Shown here piece by piece: positions 26,462-36,979 of a DNA stretch of 50,563 bases; within the stretch, counting starts at the first letter, position 1, and each line of letters opens with the position of its first letter. The stretch lies in the IMG/VR virus record IMGVR_UViG_3300028045_000024, positions 1 to 50,563 of that record. One strand, written 5' to 3'. The translations under genes and the position numbers were made by a program. The DNA is from a virus (lineage: Duplodnaviria > Caudoviricetes). Under the pieces are notes generated by a model. That model saw nothing but the letters and a program-made list of their open reading frames with translations. It was not told the origin of the DNA and did not search any database.

Positions 26462-28405
26462 CTAGTCTCCCCGCCCAAGTTCTTCAATTAGCTTTTTTTC
26501 CTGTATCTCGTTCCTTATTTGCTGGATGCTTTTGCCTCCGAATTGCGGCATTCTGACCCCCTCCCTAGGGTCGTTCAGCGCGCCCCAGGCGCCCCTCTGC
26601 TCTCCTTCGAGGAGAAGCTCATCAACAGGGCGGAATTGAGGGGTGCGCGCAGGGACCGGCTTCATGAGCGGCGCTCCCGGGACCGCGCCCTCTAGAACGT
26701 CTCCCATCTGCGCGGCGGCCTCCTCCGAAAGAGCTGGGTTGAAGTCGTCGGGGTGATACCCAAGCCCCTCTCGGCGCTCAAGGTACGCATCGTCATCTTC
26801 GGGCATCACATCTGGGGCGGCGCCTTTTGAGCGCAGTCCCTTTAGAATGGCTTGGCCCTCTCTGCTGACGCTGGGTGCGTCCAGCCGGGATTCTGCGCGT
26901 CTTTCATCCAGCCTCTGCGGCATAGACTTTTTATCCTTTGGAATAAACCCGAGCTTCCGCTTGTCTATTTCTCTGTCCATAATACCAAGAACACCCTCTA
27001 GTCTTCTTATCGTGTTCTCGTCCATCCCTTCCGTATTGTTCGCTTTGTGCAAGTCCTCCCCAATCCTGCCTCTCATTATGTTAAACCAGTCGTCTGGGAT
27101 GCCCCCGTAAGACCCGAACTCCGTCTTAAGTTTTTTAAGGTCGCGAAACAGCTTCTCGCCCACCATCTCCGTTGCCGGATCTGGCCCCTCGTCCACAGCC
27201 TCGGACTTGTCCCACCACTTTTGGGCACGGGGATCTTTCCCGGGATATTCAAGGGCTTCTGCTCGAAGGCGCCCAAGATCTTGTTCTGACGTGGCCCTAT
27301 CCTGAATACTAGGGTCAACAGTGGCTGCCTCAACAGCACCGCGGGCACCCTCTTCTCTGCCCCGTCCTAGTCGCTTTGAAATATACCGCTCGGTAGCCTT
27401 TGGTCCCTTGTTAAGGGCGACCAGAAAACCCAGTCTCTCCCCTGGCTTGAGGTTCATCCTCTCTGCCATCTCAATAAATTCCGGGTCCCTGTATATATCC
27501 TCCGCCAATTGGCCCAGGTCCCCACCGAGCTGCCTGCCGCGCTCTGCGATCTCAAACTCATGAGACCGAGACCCAGCAGGCACATTCTCATCATACAGAC
27601 CCTGAAGGGCGTCGGGGTTCCTTCCAGCGCCTGCGGCCGGGTTGGCACCAGAACCCATAATTCTCTTGAAGTAGCCAGCTCCTGCAAAGCTAGGGTCCCT
27701 CGTCGCCTTCAGATACTCGTTTGAAATTCCGCGCATCCTGTTCTGATCATTATGAAGCCTTGTCTGCGCGGCTTCTGCTGCCTTAAATCTAGTTCTAAGC
27801 GCGCTGTGCTCACCTGGGTGGCTGGCCAAGATTGCGTTCTTGACCTCCTCTGGGGTCGCCGGAACCTCTAGCTGCTCTCCTACGATCTGCAAGAAAGACA
27901 TAAGGTTTCGTTGACCGGCTGCGTCGGTGGTAAACTCCTCCATCACTGTGCGCCCAAGCCCACGAAGAAAGTCCTGGTTCCCTCGCCCCTCCAGGGCGAC
28001 TCCGGGGTTTCCTAGGCCAAACTGCTTAACGAGCTTGCTTGCTGCCGCAAAGGCCTCTTTTGTCTTGTCGCCCCTTTTGAGCATGTCTGCATTTATCTTC
28101 CCCAACTCCGTCAGCTTGGTTGATAGGAATTTTGCCTTCGCCGAGTTCGATGATGCCTGAACTGACGCCATCGCAGATACGAGCTTATCGTTCATTTTCT
28201 GCTGAGAATCCAGCCACAACTTGTATTTGCCAGAGCGCAGTGCTTCGTCGGCAGCCACCTGAGCGTCCTGCAACTTGGAGATGGCCAAGGACTGCCCGCG
28301 TCGTTGTGTTTGCGTAGGGTCTTCGGCAATTGGACCAGTGCCAGCTCCCGCTACTGTCCAGGCGCGTCTGTTGTATGCGTCAAGTTTCTCTTCAAGAGTA
28401 GCCAT
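26462..28405 (-). CDS. Internal virion/ejection protein
   Basis: 647 aa, charged and helical; position typical of podovirus ejection proteins. Confidence 0.7.
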   Translation of the reverse strand: MATLEEKLDAYNRRAWTVAGAGTGPIAEDPTQTQRRGQSLAISKLQDAQVAADEALRSGKYKLWLDSQQKMNDKLVSAMASVQASSNSAKAKFLSTKLTELGKINADMLKRGDKTKEAFAAASKLVKQFGLGNPGVALEGRGNQDFLRGLGRTVMEEFTTDAAGQRNLMSFLQIVGEQLEVPATPEEVKNAILASHPGEHSALRTRFKAAEAAQTRLHNDQNRMRGISNEYLKATRDPSFAGAGYFKRIMGSGANPAAGAGRNPDALQGLYDENVPAGSRSHEFEIAERGRQLGGDLGQLAEDIYRDPEFIEMAERMNLKPGERLGFLVALNKGPKATERYISKRLGRGREEGARGAVEAATVDPSIQDRATSEQDLGRLRAEALEYPGKDPRAQKWWDKSEAVDEGPDPATEMVGEKLFRDLKKLKTEFGSYGGIPDDWFNIMRGRIGEDLHKANNTEGMDENTIRRLEGVLGIMDREIDKRKLGFIPKDKKSMPQRLDERRAESRLDAPSVSREGQAILKGLRSKGAAPDVMPEDDDAYLERREGLGYHPDDFNPALSEEAAAQMGDVLEGAVPGAPLMKPVPARTPQFRPVDELLLEGEQRGAWGALNDPREGVRMPQFGGKSIQQIRNEIQEKKLIEELGRGD

Positions 28406-29097
28406 TACGTCCTCCAGGGCCTGTTTTCTCTAAAGTACTTTTCCAGCCGTTCGTAGTCATCGCCCCCTCGCGCAGCCCTAAGCTCACCTTGCCGCGTTGC
28501 TTCCGCCATCTCCTGGTTATGGATCATCTCACGCCCTTTTTCCACCGAGCCTTCCTGGATGCCTGACAGGGCGAGCTTGGCGCCCTTAGCAAACGCTGGA
28601 GACCCTAGGGCCTGTTCAATTCCTGCGGCGGCTTGCCCTCCGGCCATCCTCTCTTCCTCTTCAATCTGCCCAATGTCCTGGCGGATGTCGCCCATGACAT
28701 CGCGTTGGCCTGCGTAGAAGTCTTCAAGATACTGCTGGTGGGTCTTGCCGCTTTCGCGACCCTGGGTCTCTATAGCCCCGGCTGCAATCCTGGCGGCAAC
28801 GTCAGCCGGTGCCCCCGGTGTCAGCATCATTTGTTGGGTCGCGGCTTGTGCGCCGACACCCATGTCGATAGATGGTTGTGCCTGCCCGGGCATTCTTCTG
28901 GCTTCCCGCAGGAGTTCTTCCTCCCTTGCTTTCTTTCTGTTTTTCCCCATCAGACCGCCAGCGGCGCCCCCAAGGGCACTTGCGCCTGCGCCGATAAGTC
29001 CTGCGAATGGTTGTGCGCCTGGGATCAGTAGTCCTGCCGCTGTTCCCAGAGCAGAACCTATCTGTTGGCCTGTTTTCGCGCCTTTTTGTGAAGCCAT
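28405..29097 (-). CDS. Small ejection/pilot protein with Gly/Ala-rich hydrophobic N-terminus
   Basis: IGSALGTAAGLLIPG..FAGLIGAGASALGGAAGG is a glycine-zipper-like segment; position analogous to T7 gp14 / P22 gp7. Confidence 0.72.
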   Translation of the reverse strand: MASQKGAKTGQQIGSALGTAAGLLIPGAQPFAGLIGAGASALGGAAGGLMGKNRKKAREEELLREARRMPGQAQPSIDMGVGAQAATQQMMLTPGAPADVAARIAAGAIETQGRESGKTHQQYLEDFYAGQRDVMGDIRQDIGQIEEEERMAGGQAAAGIEQALGSPAFAKGAKLALSGIQEGSVEKGREMIHNQEMAEATRQGELRAARGGDDYERLEKYFRENRPWRT

Positions 29098-29108
29098 AAC
29101 TTACTCCT

Positions 29109-29753
29109 TTACGGTCTCTGCGGTCCCATGAGGGCGGGTGTTTCAGCGGGCGTCTCGACGGCCTCCTCCTCTTCCCCGAGCAGTGCTCGTTGGTACGCCT
29201 CCGTGGCTGCCTTCAGTGCGCGCTCGTTTATTCCAGGGCCTCCTGGGACGCTTGGGTAAGTGGTGGCCCTTGCGATTTCTGCTATGCGGCCATCCACATC
29301 GCGCGATGGAATCAGTAGTCCTGCTGCTTTTCCCAGGGCAGAGCTACTGAGTCCCTTTCTGACCCAAGGCGCCGGAGTTGCGGGAGGAAGTACAATTTCG
29401 GGTCCCCCAAAATATTCGAGGAGATGCTCTGTCGCGTTGCCGGGAGCGCGAGCGATACCGCCAATGAAGCCGCCTCCGGTTTGCCGATCTCTTTGGGCTT
29501 GCAGGATCTTACTAAGGGCATCGGTGCGTTTTTCGCGGTACACCCTATCAAGTTCCGCCTGGGCCTGAATGTTTCTAACGGGATCCTTCTGCGCCTCGAG
29601 GAGGCGGGATTCTCTCGCCGCCGCTGTGACGTCTTCCATCCCAGACTCAGCCATTTCGACGGCCTCCTGCGGGGTCATGCGGGGCTTGCTGCTTGTCCTT
29701 CTCGGCGCAGGATCCAGAAATGCGTCCAGCGACCGTGTACTTTCATCATCCAT
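29109..29753 (-). CDS. Hypothetical virion-region protein
   Basis: GAGGTG RBS; within the late operon. Confidence 0.7.
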   Translation of the reverse strand: MDDESTRSLDAFLDPAPRRTSSKPRMTPQEAVEMAESGMEDVTAAARESRLLEAQKDPVRNIQAQAELDRVYREKRTDALSKILQAQRDRQTGGGFIGGIARAPGNATEHLLEYFGGPEIVLPPATPAPWVRKGLSSSALGKAAGLLIPSRDVDGRIAEIARATTYPSVPGGPGINERALKAATEAYQRALLGEEEEAVETPAETPALMGPQRP

Positions 29754-29761
29754 AATTCACC

Positions 29762-30526
29762 TCACCTAAAAAGAATATACCGCATTCCGCGTGTTCTTAC
29801 ACGACACTGCGTAACTTTATTATTGTCTTCACCTCGGGCTGGAAGCATCACCCTGATATCTGCGCTGTGCCATCCCTTTGTCATGCTCGTTATCAGCTTG
29901 TGCCCAGACCATGCGCGCCCGTAGCTGAAGTCAACCCCCAGCCCAGTACTCCCTGCGGGATCAAGCACCCCCGCCCCAGGGATATACCTTCGGGCGTTTA
30001 TGTGATCCATCACGCCGTCAACAAACAAAAAGAAGGCCGGAAAGTTCTTGCCATTGGCCATTACAACCCGAGGGAGGAACTGTGACGCATAAACCCCGTC
30101 GTTCTGGTGATTAAAGCTCCACTGCAATATGCATTTGGCGCCGGAAAAGGGAACGTAAAACCTAATCCCAAGCCCAGGGATTGCCACCGCTTCCCTTGAA
30201 AGGATCTGATCTGAAGGCTCATCATAGATGTCGTCTACAGAGGCTTGGGTAGTAGAACCGCCAAACATCTGGGCAAAGTAGTCTATGTTCGCCGTGCAGC
30301 CCACCATTTTTGTCCGAGAGATTGTTCCCTTCTGGATGTGCTTATTCTCAAACTTCAACGAAGAGTCGAGGTTGGCGGCGTCCAGGTGCCCGTTGATTAC
30401 CTCCAGAGATTGCTCTCCGGTTGCCGTTGGGTAGTACCAGTTCTCGGAGACATCCACTCCAGTGGGGGACGCGCCCGCTGCAAGAGTTCCAGAACCTGGG
30501 GTGTTTTTATAGGTTATGTTAGGCAT
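29762..30526 (-). CDS. Putative tail/baseplate protein
   Basis: GAGGTG RBS before ATG 30526; within the tail cluster. Confidence 0.7.
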   Translation of the reverse strand: MPNITYKNTPGSGTLAAGASPTGVDVSENWYYPTATGEQSLEVINGHLDAANLDSSLKFENKHIQKGTISRTKMVGCTANIDYFAQMFGGSTTQASVDDIYDEPSDQILSREAVAIPGLGIRFYVPFSGAKCILQWSFNHQNDGVYASQFLPRVVMANGKNFPAFFLFVDGVMDHINARRYIPGAGVLDPAGSTGLGVDFSYGRAWSGHKLITSMTKGWHSADIRVMLPARGEDNNKVTQCRVRTRGMRYILFR

Positions 30527-31499
30527 CTGGGTCCACCTCATTTGCGCGAAGAGCCAAAACGGACAGATTTGCTTTCCTGATTCTAGCGGTGACCGTCTTG
30601 TCGTGCATTGGGTCGCCACCCTTCCCCTTTATTATGGAGACGACTGCGCGAATGTACCGCACAGAGGAGATAGCACCCTTCACATTCTGCGCAGTTATCG
30701 TATTCGCAAGAGAGCTTGCGTTTATGATTGTTCTGATAGACACGTCCCTTCTAGACGGGAAGTTCTGACTAGAGACCACCAGAGATGTCGTCTTTGCCTC
30801 TTGGCCAAAGCATTCCACTCTCCTCTCGGTAACCCGATACCTGTAGGGTGCGCTTCCTGACGCCAAGCCCGTTGTGTCCACCCATGCGCTATCTCCCAGG
30901 TACAGGTGATACCAGTTCACATTATCGTTGCTTACTTGAATGCACACGGCTGCCCCGCTGGCTCCCGCAGGGGAGTTCCCGTCAATAGGGTCCCCGTCGC
31001 TGTCATAAAACTCGAACCGCTCAAACTGAACATTAAGCATAACCAAAAGGGCGTCCAGTCCAAAGCGGTCGTTGAACTGTGGATCCCCCAGAGGCACAGA
31101 TGCCGGAAGAGTTACCATCAGATTGTTTGCGGCCCCGTCCTGGATGGGTCCCCACACGCCATCATTTGGCGGGTAGTTCATGACTACCGACCCAGCCCCC
31201 GTCGTTGCGTTCCAATAACTCAGGCCCGTTTGCGTGCTCGATACTGTGGACCACCCACTGGTGTAGGCAACGCCAAGCATTGCTATTTGAGACGCGACGG
31301 TATCTGCGGCCGGGAACTCCGATGTCCCGCAGAAGGACAAAAACGAGGGTGTGTGGTTTTCGTTTAGGCACCCGTCCTGAAACGCCGTCTTTGTCAAGTC
31401 ATCAATGCCCTGCTGGCCTAATTGAATGAACCTGTTGGACAGACCCGTGGCCGTGTAGGCTTCTTCTTCCTCAAACGGAGTAAAGTTTATTTCACCCAT
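30519..31499 (-). CDS. Putative tail protein
   Basis: Within the tail cluster; GAGG RBS. Confidence 0.7.
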   Translation of the reverse strand: MGEINFTPFEEEEAYTATGLSNRFIQLGQQGIDDLTKTAFQDGCLNENHTPSFLSFCGTSEFPAADTVASQIAMLGVAYTSGWSTVSSTQTGLSYWNATTGAGSVVMNYPPNDGVWGPIQDGAANNLMVTLPASVPLGDPQFNDRFGLDALLVMLNVQFERFEFYDSDGDPIDGNSPAGASGAAVCIQVSNDNVNWYHLYLGDSAWVDTTGLASGSAPYRYRVTERRVECFGQEAKTTSLVVSSQNFPSRRDVSIRTIINASSLANTITAQNVKGAISSVRYIRAVVSIIKGKGGDPMHDKTVTARIRKANLSVLALRANEVDPDA

Positions 31500-31501
31500 G
31501 A

Positions 31502-32359
31502 CTACCTCATCATCTTTAATATCACAAGTTCTCTACCGCCCACGCATACAATCCCATCGGACGCGGATACGCTGCCTCCTTTTAGGGACGCCGTGTTCAT
31601 CCCCAAGACCTCAACAGTAACGTCCCCAGGTGGGACATCAATTACGGCCTCGATGCACACGGGATACCCTATCTCATTGCCCGCAGCGCCCGCTGACGGG
31701 GAGAATATGCCCACTTCTGCCATTGGGGTATCGACTGAAGAACCCTTTGTCCCAATCCTGTCATTTGATATGTCTGCACCTCCAAACATCCCTTCAGATA
31801 CAACTGCCCCGTTGATGCGGAGCGCAAACATTTGACCCGCGCGTTGCTCTTCCTGTACCTGTAGCGTGGCCATAACCCAGAGTGTCGTATCTACCTCAAC
31901 AAAGAATTTTGCCTGCATAGGGCGCGGGTCCGTCATCCCCGGCTGCTGCTTTGGCGGGGTCTTGGCGCCGATGACCGACATCGTCGGATTCAAGTCAATC
32001 CTAACGCCCCCGTCTAGGTTGGGTCTCGTAGATACCGTATTGTGGGTTCCCACTTCGTCGATTGTTATCCATGCGCCACGAGTCCCTCCAGGGCTTCCGC
32101 CGCCATCTGCGGTGACTTGAGAGGCCGCAGGGCCTCTTGTGTTCACATACTCAAAGCCAACACCGACCGGATCGACGTAGGTGTCTGGGATGAACTGGGA
32201 CGCCCCAAATGCTGCTCCAGGGACAATGCCCGATGCGATGTTGTGCTCGTTGAGCTTCCCCTGGGCCTCCGTAGCTGCTGGCATGAACCCGTCGTTTAAC
32301 GACTCTTCATTGACCACCTGGGGAGTAGATATATTTGCGTCAGGAAATCTCCAACTCAT
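31502..32359 (-). CDS. Putative tail protein
   Basis: ATGA-coupled to the upstream gene; Gly-rich beta composition. Confidence 0.7.
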   Translation of the reverse strand: MSWRFPDANISTPQVVNEESLNDGFMPAATEAQGKLNEHNIASGIVPGAAFGASQFIPDTYVDPVGVGFEYVNTRGPAASQVTADGGGSPGGTRGAWITIDEVGTHNTVSTRPNLDGGVRIDLNPTMSVIGAKTPPKQQPGMTDPRPMQAKFFVEVDTTLWVMATLQVQEEQRAGQMFALRINGAVVSEGMFGGADISNDRIGTKGSSVDTPMAEVGIFSPSAGAAGNEIGYPVCIEAVIDVPPGDVTVEVLGMNTASLKGGSVSASDGIVCVGGRELVILKMMR

Positions 32360-34668
32360 TGCTGCACCCTTGCTCCACCCGATGGGTGTGGGACGTAATC
32401 ATAAGAAAGACCTACAAACTCAATCTTTTCCGATGCGGTTAGAATTAACTTAAATACTTCGCACCCAGGAACAAACACCTTCGCCTTACACCAGTACGGA
32501 CGAGACCTTCTAATTGTTTCCCCAGTATCCAGGGTCGCCGTCCCGTAGAATGGAGGAGGGTCGTTCTCATAATACAAGGTCACCGTCTCTGTATGAATAA
32601 CAGACTTCCTCCAATCCCTGTAAACCTGAACAGAAAGGCTCTGAGATGAGCTTTCAATCATCCATATATAAACAGTAATCGGGGTCTTCGCGTCATACTC
32701 GCTTTCATTTAAAAGCCAGTTGGTTTCGATGGTGTAAGACCTCTGTGGAAGAGCGTACACCGTCGATGACACCTCTTTGTCCAGCACATACACAGACTCA
32801 GGAGTAAGGGCAGGCTCGGTCCCGACGCTCCCGGCCGCGAGCATGTATGCACGGTGATCTCTCGTCACGCAAACCGATGATGCGGAAATATCAGTCCTTG
32901 TCCTCCACCCCGTATTGGGCTGACGAGCGTCAAAGACGTAACATCGGTTGTTGGATTTTGACGAGTGCATAGGAACCCAGCAACGGTATTCTCCACTCGA
33001 AACGTCTACGGCCGCAACAGACTGCATCTCCCTTGATGTGTTTATGTACTTAAGCCCCTCTCTTATCGTGTCCGAGAAGTACTCAACACCGCCCGTTGAA
33101 TATGCATAAAACGCCTTCTTGCCCAGCCATATTGTATAGCCGCTCTCTGTGGTCGCAATAGAGCTGGGAGCCACGCACCCAAACTGACGACTGATAGTTG
33201 TGACCGAGAAGCCAGTAGCCTGGCTTGTGTCAGCAATAAGAAATGTAGAGCTTTCGGTAAAAACAAGAAGGCCCTCTGCGACAGGATACAGCCCCGTGAT
33301 GTCTCCGCCAGACGGGTCTGGATAGAAAAAGTCATCCTTAAGAAGAGTCCCCCAGCGCCCTGGCATTGAAAATCTTACAAGACCAGGATCTTCAGGAGTG
33401 TTTGCGAAAAACATTCTGCCAAACGCCTGACGACATAGCCGGAACCTCTGCATCGGAACAACGTCTGGGGCCTCCGCTACAAGCCAACCATCAGGCCCGT
33501 TGTCAACGTAGATCTCGGAGGATGTGTCAGGGATGGTTTGTGACGCGAAAACCCCGCCATCGCTGTTTGATGGGAGCAGGAATAGCTGATTCACAGACTC
33601 TGAGTTAATTGAGTCCCTTGTCCTGTACAGGTTTCTTCCCACGGTCCTGCTTTCGGAAGAAGACTCCTCAGGCAAAGAAATGTTTTGCCACAAGAGCTGC
33701 TTTAAAAGATTTTCTGGCCCTTGTGCTACCCCATCCGGGTACACCACGCCCGTTGGTGGAGCTGTGGGGAACAGAACATTTTCCGGGTACATGGCTGATT
33801 GCTGCGCGAACGACACGGTGTTGCTTCGAGGAGACAGAGGCGAGAAGTTCCCGTACTTGTCCACCCACTGGGTGACACCAGTATATGCCCCCGTAAGAAG
33901 CAGTCCTGGCGCGTACCCATTATTAAGAGCATCCCTAGACAATGAGCCTCCGACCCCGTTCGTGGGGTCAGAGTAGATTGTCCCGACACGGCCTCGACCA
34001 AATGCTGTATGCATCTGGGTGTTTGTTAGAACGACCGACCCCAGCCACCGGTCGTATATATCGGCGTCGTGACTAAACCCCTCACTATTTGGGCTGTATG
34101 ACTTGGATGTATCAGCCCCCAATGCGGTACTCGAAAATTCATAGGAGTCGTTTTGCGTTGGCCCAAGCAGAGATGGGGGACCAGGGGTCCTCGAATACCC
34201 CAATGGGGCGCAATGGCCGTCTTCATCATAAAACCTTGGGCGACCATCATGCTGACTGATAATGACTATGCCATTCGAGCATTGCTCGAACTGCGTCGGG
34301 AATGCAGGATATTCTGACTTAGGCTCGTTTGGCTTCCAGGTGTAGGCCGTCTGCCAAGTTCGAGACCACCCGTTGAACTCCAAAAGAACGTTCGTCGTTC
34401 CGTTATACGCAGTAGCAAGCAGAACTTCCTTTTGACCATCTCGAAGCCTACCGTGGAAAATGCCCTTCATCTGGGCGAAGGATGGCTGTAAGGTCTGGCC
34501 GTACGCAGGAATATAGGGCGCGGGACCAAGGATGCTTTTTAGCGTGCTTCTCTCCGTTTCCCGCATATTCTGGATCTCGTTAGCCAGGTTGTCGGGAGAC
34601 AGTATTTTGGTTGTAACGGCCCGGATGTTAAGCAACCCAGACCGCTTGGTAGGCCGCTCATCGGACAT
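32356..34668 (-). CDS. Tail nozzle / DNA stabilization protein (P22 gp10 / T7 gp12-like beta-propeller)
   Basis: Pattern GRMFFA..PGLVRFS, ITGL...GLLVFTESSTF, FGCVAPSSI...IWLG...FYAY is typical of podovirus tail hubs. Confidence 0.78.
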   Translation of the reverse strand: MSDERPTKRSGLLNIRAVTTKILSPDNLANEIQNMRETERSTLKSILGPAPYIPAYGQTLQPSFAQMKGIFHGRLRDGQKEVLLATAYNGTTNVLLEFNGWSRTWQTAYTWKPNEPKSEYPAFPTQFEQCSNGIVIISQHDGRPRFYDEDGHCAPLGYSRTPGPPSLLGPTQNDSYEFSSTALGADTSKSYSPNSEGFSHDADIYDRWLGSVVLTNTQMHTAFGRGRVGTIYSDPTNGVGGSLSRDALNNGYAPGLLLTGAYTGVTQWVDKYGNFSPLSPRSNTVSFAQQSAMYPENVLFPTAPPTGVVYPDGVAQGPENLLKQLLWQNISLPEESSSESRTVGRNLYRTRDSINSESVNQLFLLPSNSDGGVFASQTIPDTSSEIYVDNGPDGWLVAEAPDVVPMQRFRLCRQAFGRMFFANTPEDPGLVRFSMPGRWGTLLKDDFFYPDPSGGDITGLYPVAEGLLVFTESSTFLIADTSQATGFSVTTISRQFGCVAPSSIATTESGYTIWLGKKAFYAYSTGGVEYFSDTIREGLKYINTSREMQSVAAVDVSSGEYRCWVPMHSSKSNNRCYVFDARQPNTGWRTRTDISASSVCVTRDHRAYMLAAGSVGTEPALTPESVYVLDKEVSSTVYALPQRSYTIETNWLLNESEYDAKTPITVYIWMIESSSQSLSVQVYRDWRKSVIHTETVTLYYENDPPPFYGTATLDTGETIRRSRPYWCKAKVFVPGCEVFKLILTASEKIEFVGLSYDYVPHPSGGARVQQ

Positions 34669-34944
34669 CTACTTGCTCGCTTTTTCTGGGGCTTTTTTCA
34701 CGGGCGGCTTTTTAGCAACCACTCGCTTTGGCTTTGAGGACGCCTTTGGCTTTGGCGGAAGGACTGCGGTCATCTGCTTCGCAAGCTCAGACTCTTCAGA
34801 GATCATCTGACGGGCAAACCCGAATCTCTGAATCCATCCGTGCATCTGCCCCTTGCGGTACAGGGTTGCCCAGCAAATAAACTCCTCGACAGAGCCGTCG
34901 TCTCTAACCATTTTGTATACTTGGCCCGTTTTTAGCTTAGCCAT
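34669..34944 (-). CDS. Hypothetical protein with Lys/Pro-rich tail
   Basis: AGGAG RBS before ATG 34944. Confidence 0.75.
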   Translation of the reverse strand: MAKLKTGQVYKMVRDDGSVEEFICWATLYRKGQMHGWIQRFGFARQMISEESELAKQMTAVLPPKPKASSKPKRVVAKKPPVKKAPEKASK

Positions 34945-34952
34945 CTCTTCTC

Positions 34953-36893
34953 CTATGAGTTTGGTGTGTTCCACCACTGCCTGTATCGAAGGCTTGTCCT
35001 GTAACCAGGAGTAGCCCTGGATAGGCGCTTAAGCATCGGAACGGCGGAAGACCGTAGGTCTCCGTACCTCTTAGACAGTGTTTTCAGATTCCTCTCGTAA
35101 CGCCCCTTTGCGAGGCGCATCATATTTATGTTGCCTTCCGTTTCATACAGCAACTGGAGCGCCCGGTCAACAAGCAGGTCGCACGCCTCTGCATGGATAA
35201 GTGGCGCGTCTTGGTCGTCCTTCAGTTCTTTGGGGCGGCGGATGCACCTAATCTCAAGTTCAAAGCGCGCGTTGGGCGTTGGGTACATCCCAATAGTCTG
35301 ATACCCATGAGTGTCCCTGAGTCTTCGGTGGTAGTCTGGAAGGATTGCTCCGTCGTCTATGAAGTACCCCTGGTTATCCCAGTCCACGTTCACCTCTGCC
35401 AGCAGGAGAAACGCCTTCGGGATATCCATCCTTTTGAATCCCTCAACCCACTGGCCAGGCTCTACAACGCCTGGGGTAGGGGTTCCTGTGTGTAAGATCT
35501 CATAGTTCGAGAAATCAGCAGTTATCCTTCTTCGGTAAATGCGAACATGCCAGCCACTCAGCCTGGAACTCACACGGACAAAGCCCTCGTTGGTGCCTGG
35601 AGGTATATTGCCGACGAAGGCCCCGTTGGCGCCTGCAACAGACGGTCCCGTTCCCATCATCATGAAGCCCTGCATGTACTGTATATTTGGAAGCGTAAGC
35701 AGAACCGCGGGTCCTCCCGCCGTGACCGTGACGCCTCCCTGGTCAGTGTCCGATGCGTTTGTGGCGGTAACTACAGCAGAGACAGGCGACGGCGCGCTCT
35801 CATAAAGAGGCTCACGATACCTATTCCTGGCTGCCTGAGATCTGTTTGCAGCACCCTTCCGTCCTGTCGCATCAGTCCATTCCGCCGATGTGGCCGCAAC
35901 CCCGTGCTCTGGGTTTTGCCAGTCATACGGGTTGTCATTCCAGAGGCTTAAGCCCTGGTTTCTGAACCAGATGTCCCGCTTGCCCCAGGTGTAGGTGATC
36001 ACATACTCAAACTGACCGGCTGGCTCTGGTCCCTTCCATCTCGGGTACTTCACAATTGCGCCTGCGTTATCATACTCCCCAAAGTCAACCTGATTAGACA
36101 GGGTCGCCAAAGGCGCCACGCTCGGTCCCTGTATTTGGATATGCTCCCGCCTGTAAATGACCCTTGGGATCCCCTTAGCAACGTCCGTGTGTCGGTCGAT
36201 AATGTTCTGTCGCTCTGCGTCTTCCTGCCCGATGACTTGGAGAGGCCAGGAATTGTTTGTCTTCCACAAGCGCATTGAGTGGACTTCGATAATATCGTCT
36301 GGGATTGCGTATTCGCTAGTATAAACCCGATACTGAAACGGGCCTGCACCAAACTTGTTCGTATCCCACGGCATCCAAAGGGAGATGACCTTTCCGGTGG
36401 CCGGAGTGGATAGAGGGGGCGAGCCAGGAGCGATGACCACCTGCTTCGGGCCATAATTAAGGTCCCAAACTGTGCGGATAATGTTTCTGTGCCACTCTCC
36501 ATCGGCATCTTGAATCTCAATGACCCGGCCGTCCCAGCTCCGGTCTGTTGGCCAGTCAGTAAGCACCCCTCCTGCGCCCACTGCATCCTGTTTGATCACC
36601 CATGGATTTGGTGGCAGCGTGGCTCCGGTTGAACCCTTGGGGAACATCGGGTCCCCAGCAACATCCCAAGTAATATCTGGGGCGAAGGTGACCGTATTGT
36701 TTGTGTCATTAATCACGTCTGGTTGCGTTGCGATTCTAAGAATTTCTTCAAAAAACAAAAACGGGGCTTCTAGCGCAATAAGGTTGTACGCCCGGTTGAT
36801 GAACTTATTCATCCGGTCTTCTGCGCCTGCGCTATTTTTCGGGCCATAATCAGCCTGGGCAAACATTGCGTTGCGGATGTCTTTCAAATTCAC
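34953..36893 (-). CDS. Head-tail adaptor (P22 gp4 / T7 gp11-like) with large insertions
   Basis: N-terminus MNLKDIR...FINRAY, internal Y.IPDD and G.PR, C-terminus YPTP...L.DDQD.PLI....DLLV..AL; follows the capsid genes. Confidence 0.72.
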   Translation of the reverse strand: MNLKDIRNAMFAQADYGPKNSAGAEDRMNKFINRAYNLIALEAPFLFFEEILRIATQPDVINDTNNTVTFAPDITWDVAGDPMFPKGSTGATLPPNPWVIKQDAVGAGGVLTDWPTDRSWDGRVIEIQDADGEWHRNIIRTVWDLNYGPKQVVIAPGSPPLSTPATGKVISLWMPWDTNKFGAGPFQYRVYTSEYAIPDDIIEVHSMRLWKTNNSWPLQVIGQEDAERQNIIDRHTDVAKGIPRVIYRREHIQIQGPSVAPLATLSNQVDFGEYDNAGAIVKYPRWKGPEPAGQFEYVITYTWGKRDIWFRNQGLSLWNDNPYDWQNPEHGVAATSAEWTDATGRKGAANRSQAARNRYREPLYESAPSPVSAVVTATNASDTDQGGVTVTAGGPAVLLTLPNIQYMQGFMMMGTGPSVAGANGAFVGNIPPGTNEGFVRVSSRLSGWHVRIYRRRITADFSNYEILHTGTPTPGVVEPGQWVEGFKRMDIPKAFLLLAEVNVDWDNQGYFIDDGAILPDYHRRLRDTHGYQTIGMYPTPNARFELEIRCIRRPKELKDDQDAPLIHAEACDLLVDRALQLLYETEGNINMMRLAKGRYERNLKTLSKRYGDLRSSAVPMLKRLSRATPGYRTSLRYRQWWNTPNS

Positions 36894-36906
36894 TGCTCAC
36901 CTCAAC

Positions 36907-36937
36907 AAAAAGGGCGGGAAGTTTTAGCCTCCCGCCC
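36907..36937 (-). terminator. Intrinsic terminator downstream of the capsid genes
   Basis: Stem GGGCGGGA/TCCCGCCC followed by TTTTT on the minus strand; the usual position after major capsid genes. Confidence 0.8.
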
Positions 36938-36979
36938 CATTTTACCCTTATAGAAAAACAAGTTCACTAAAGAATAAAA

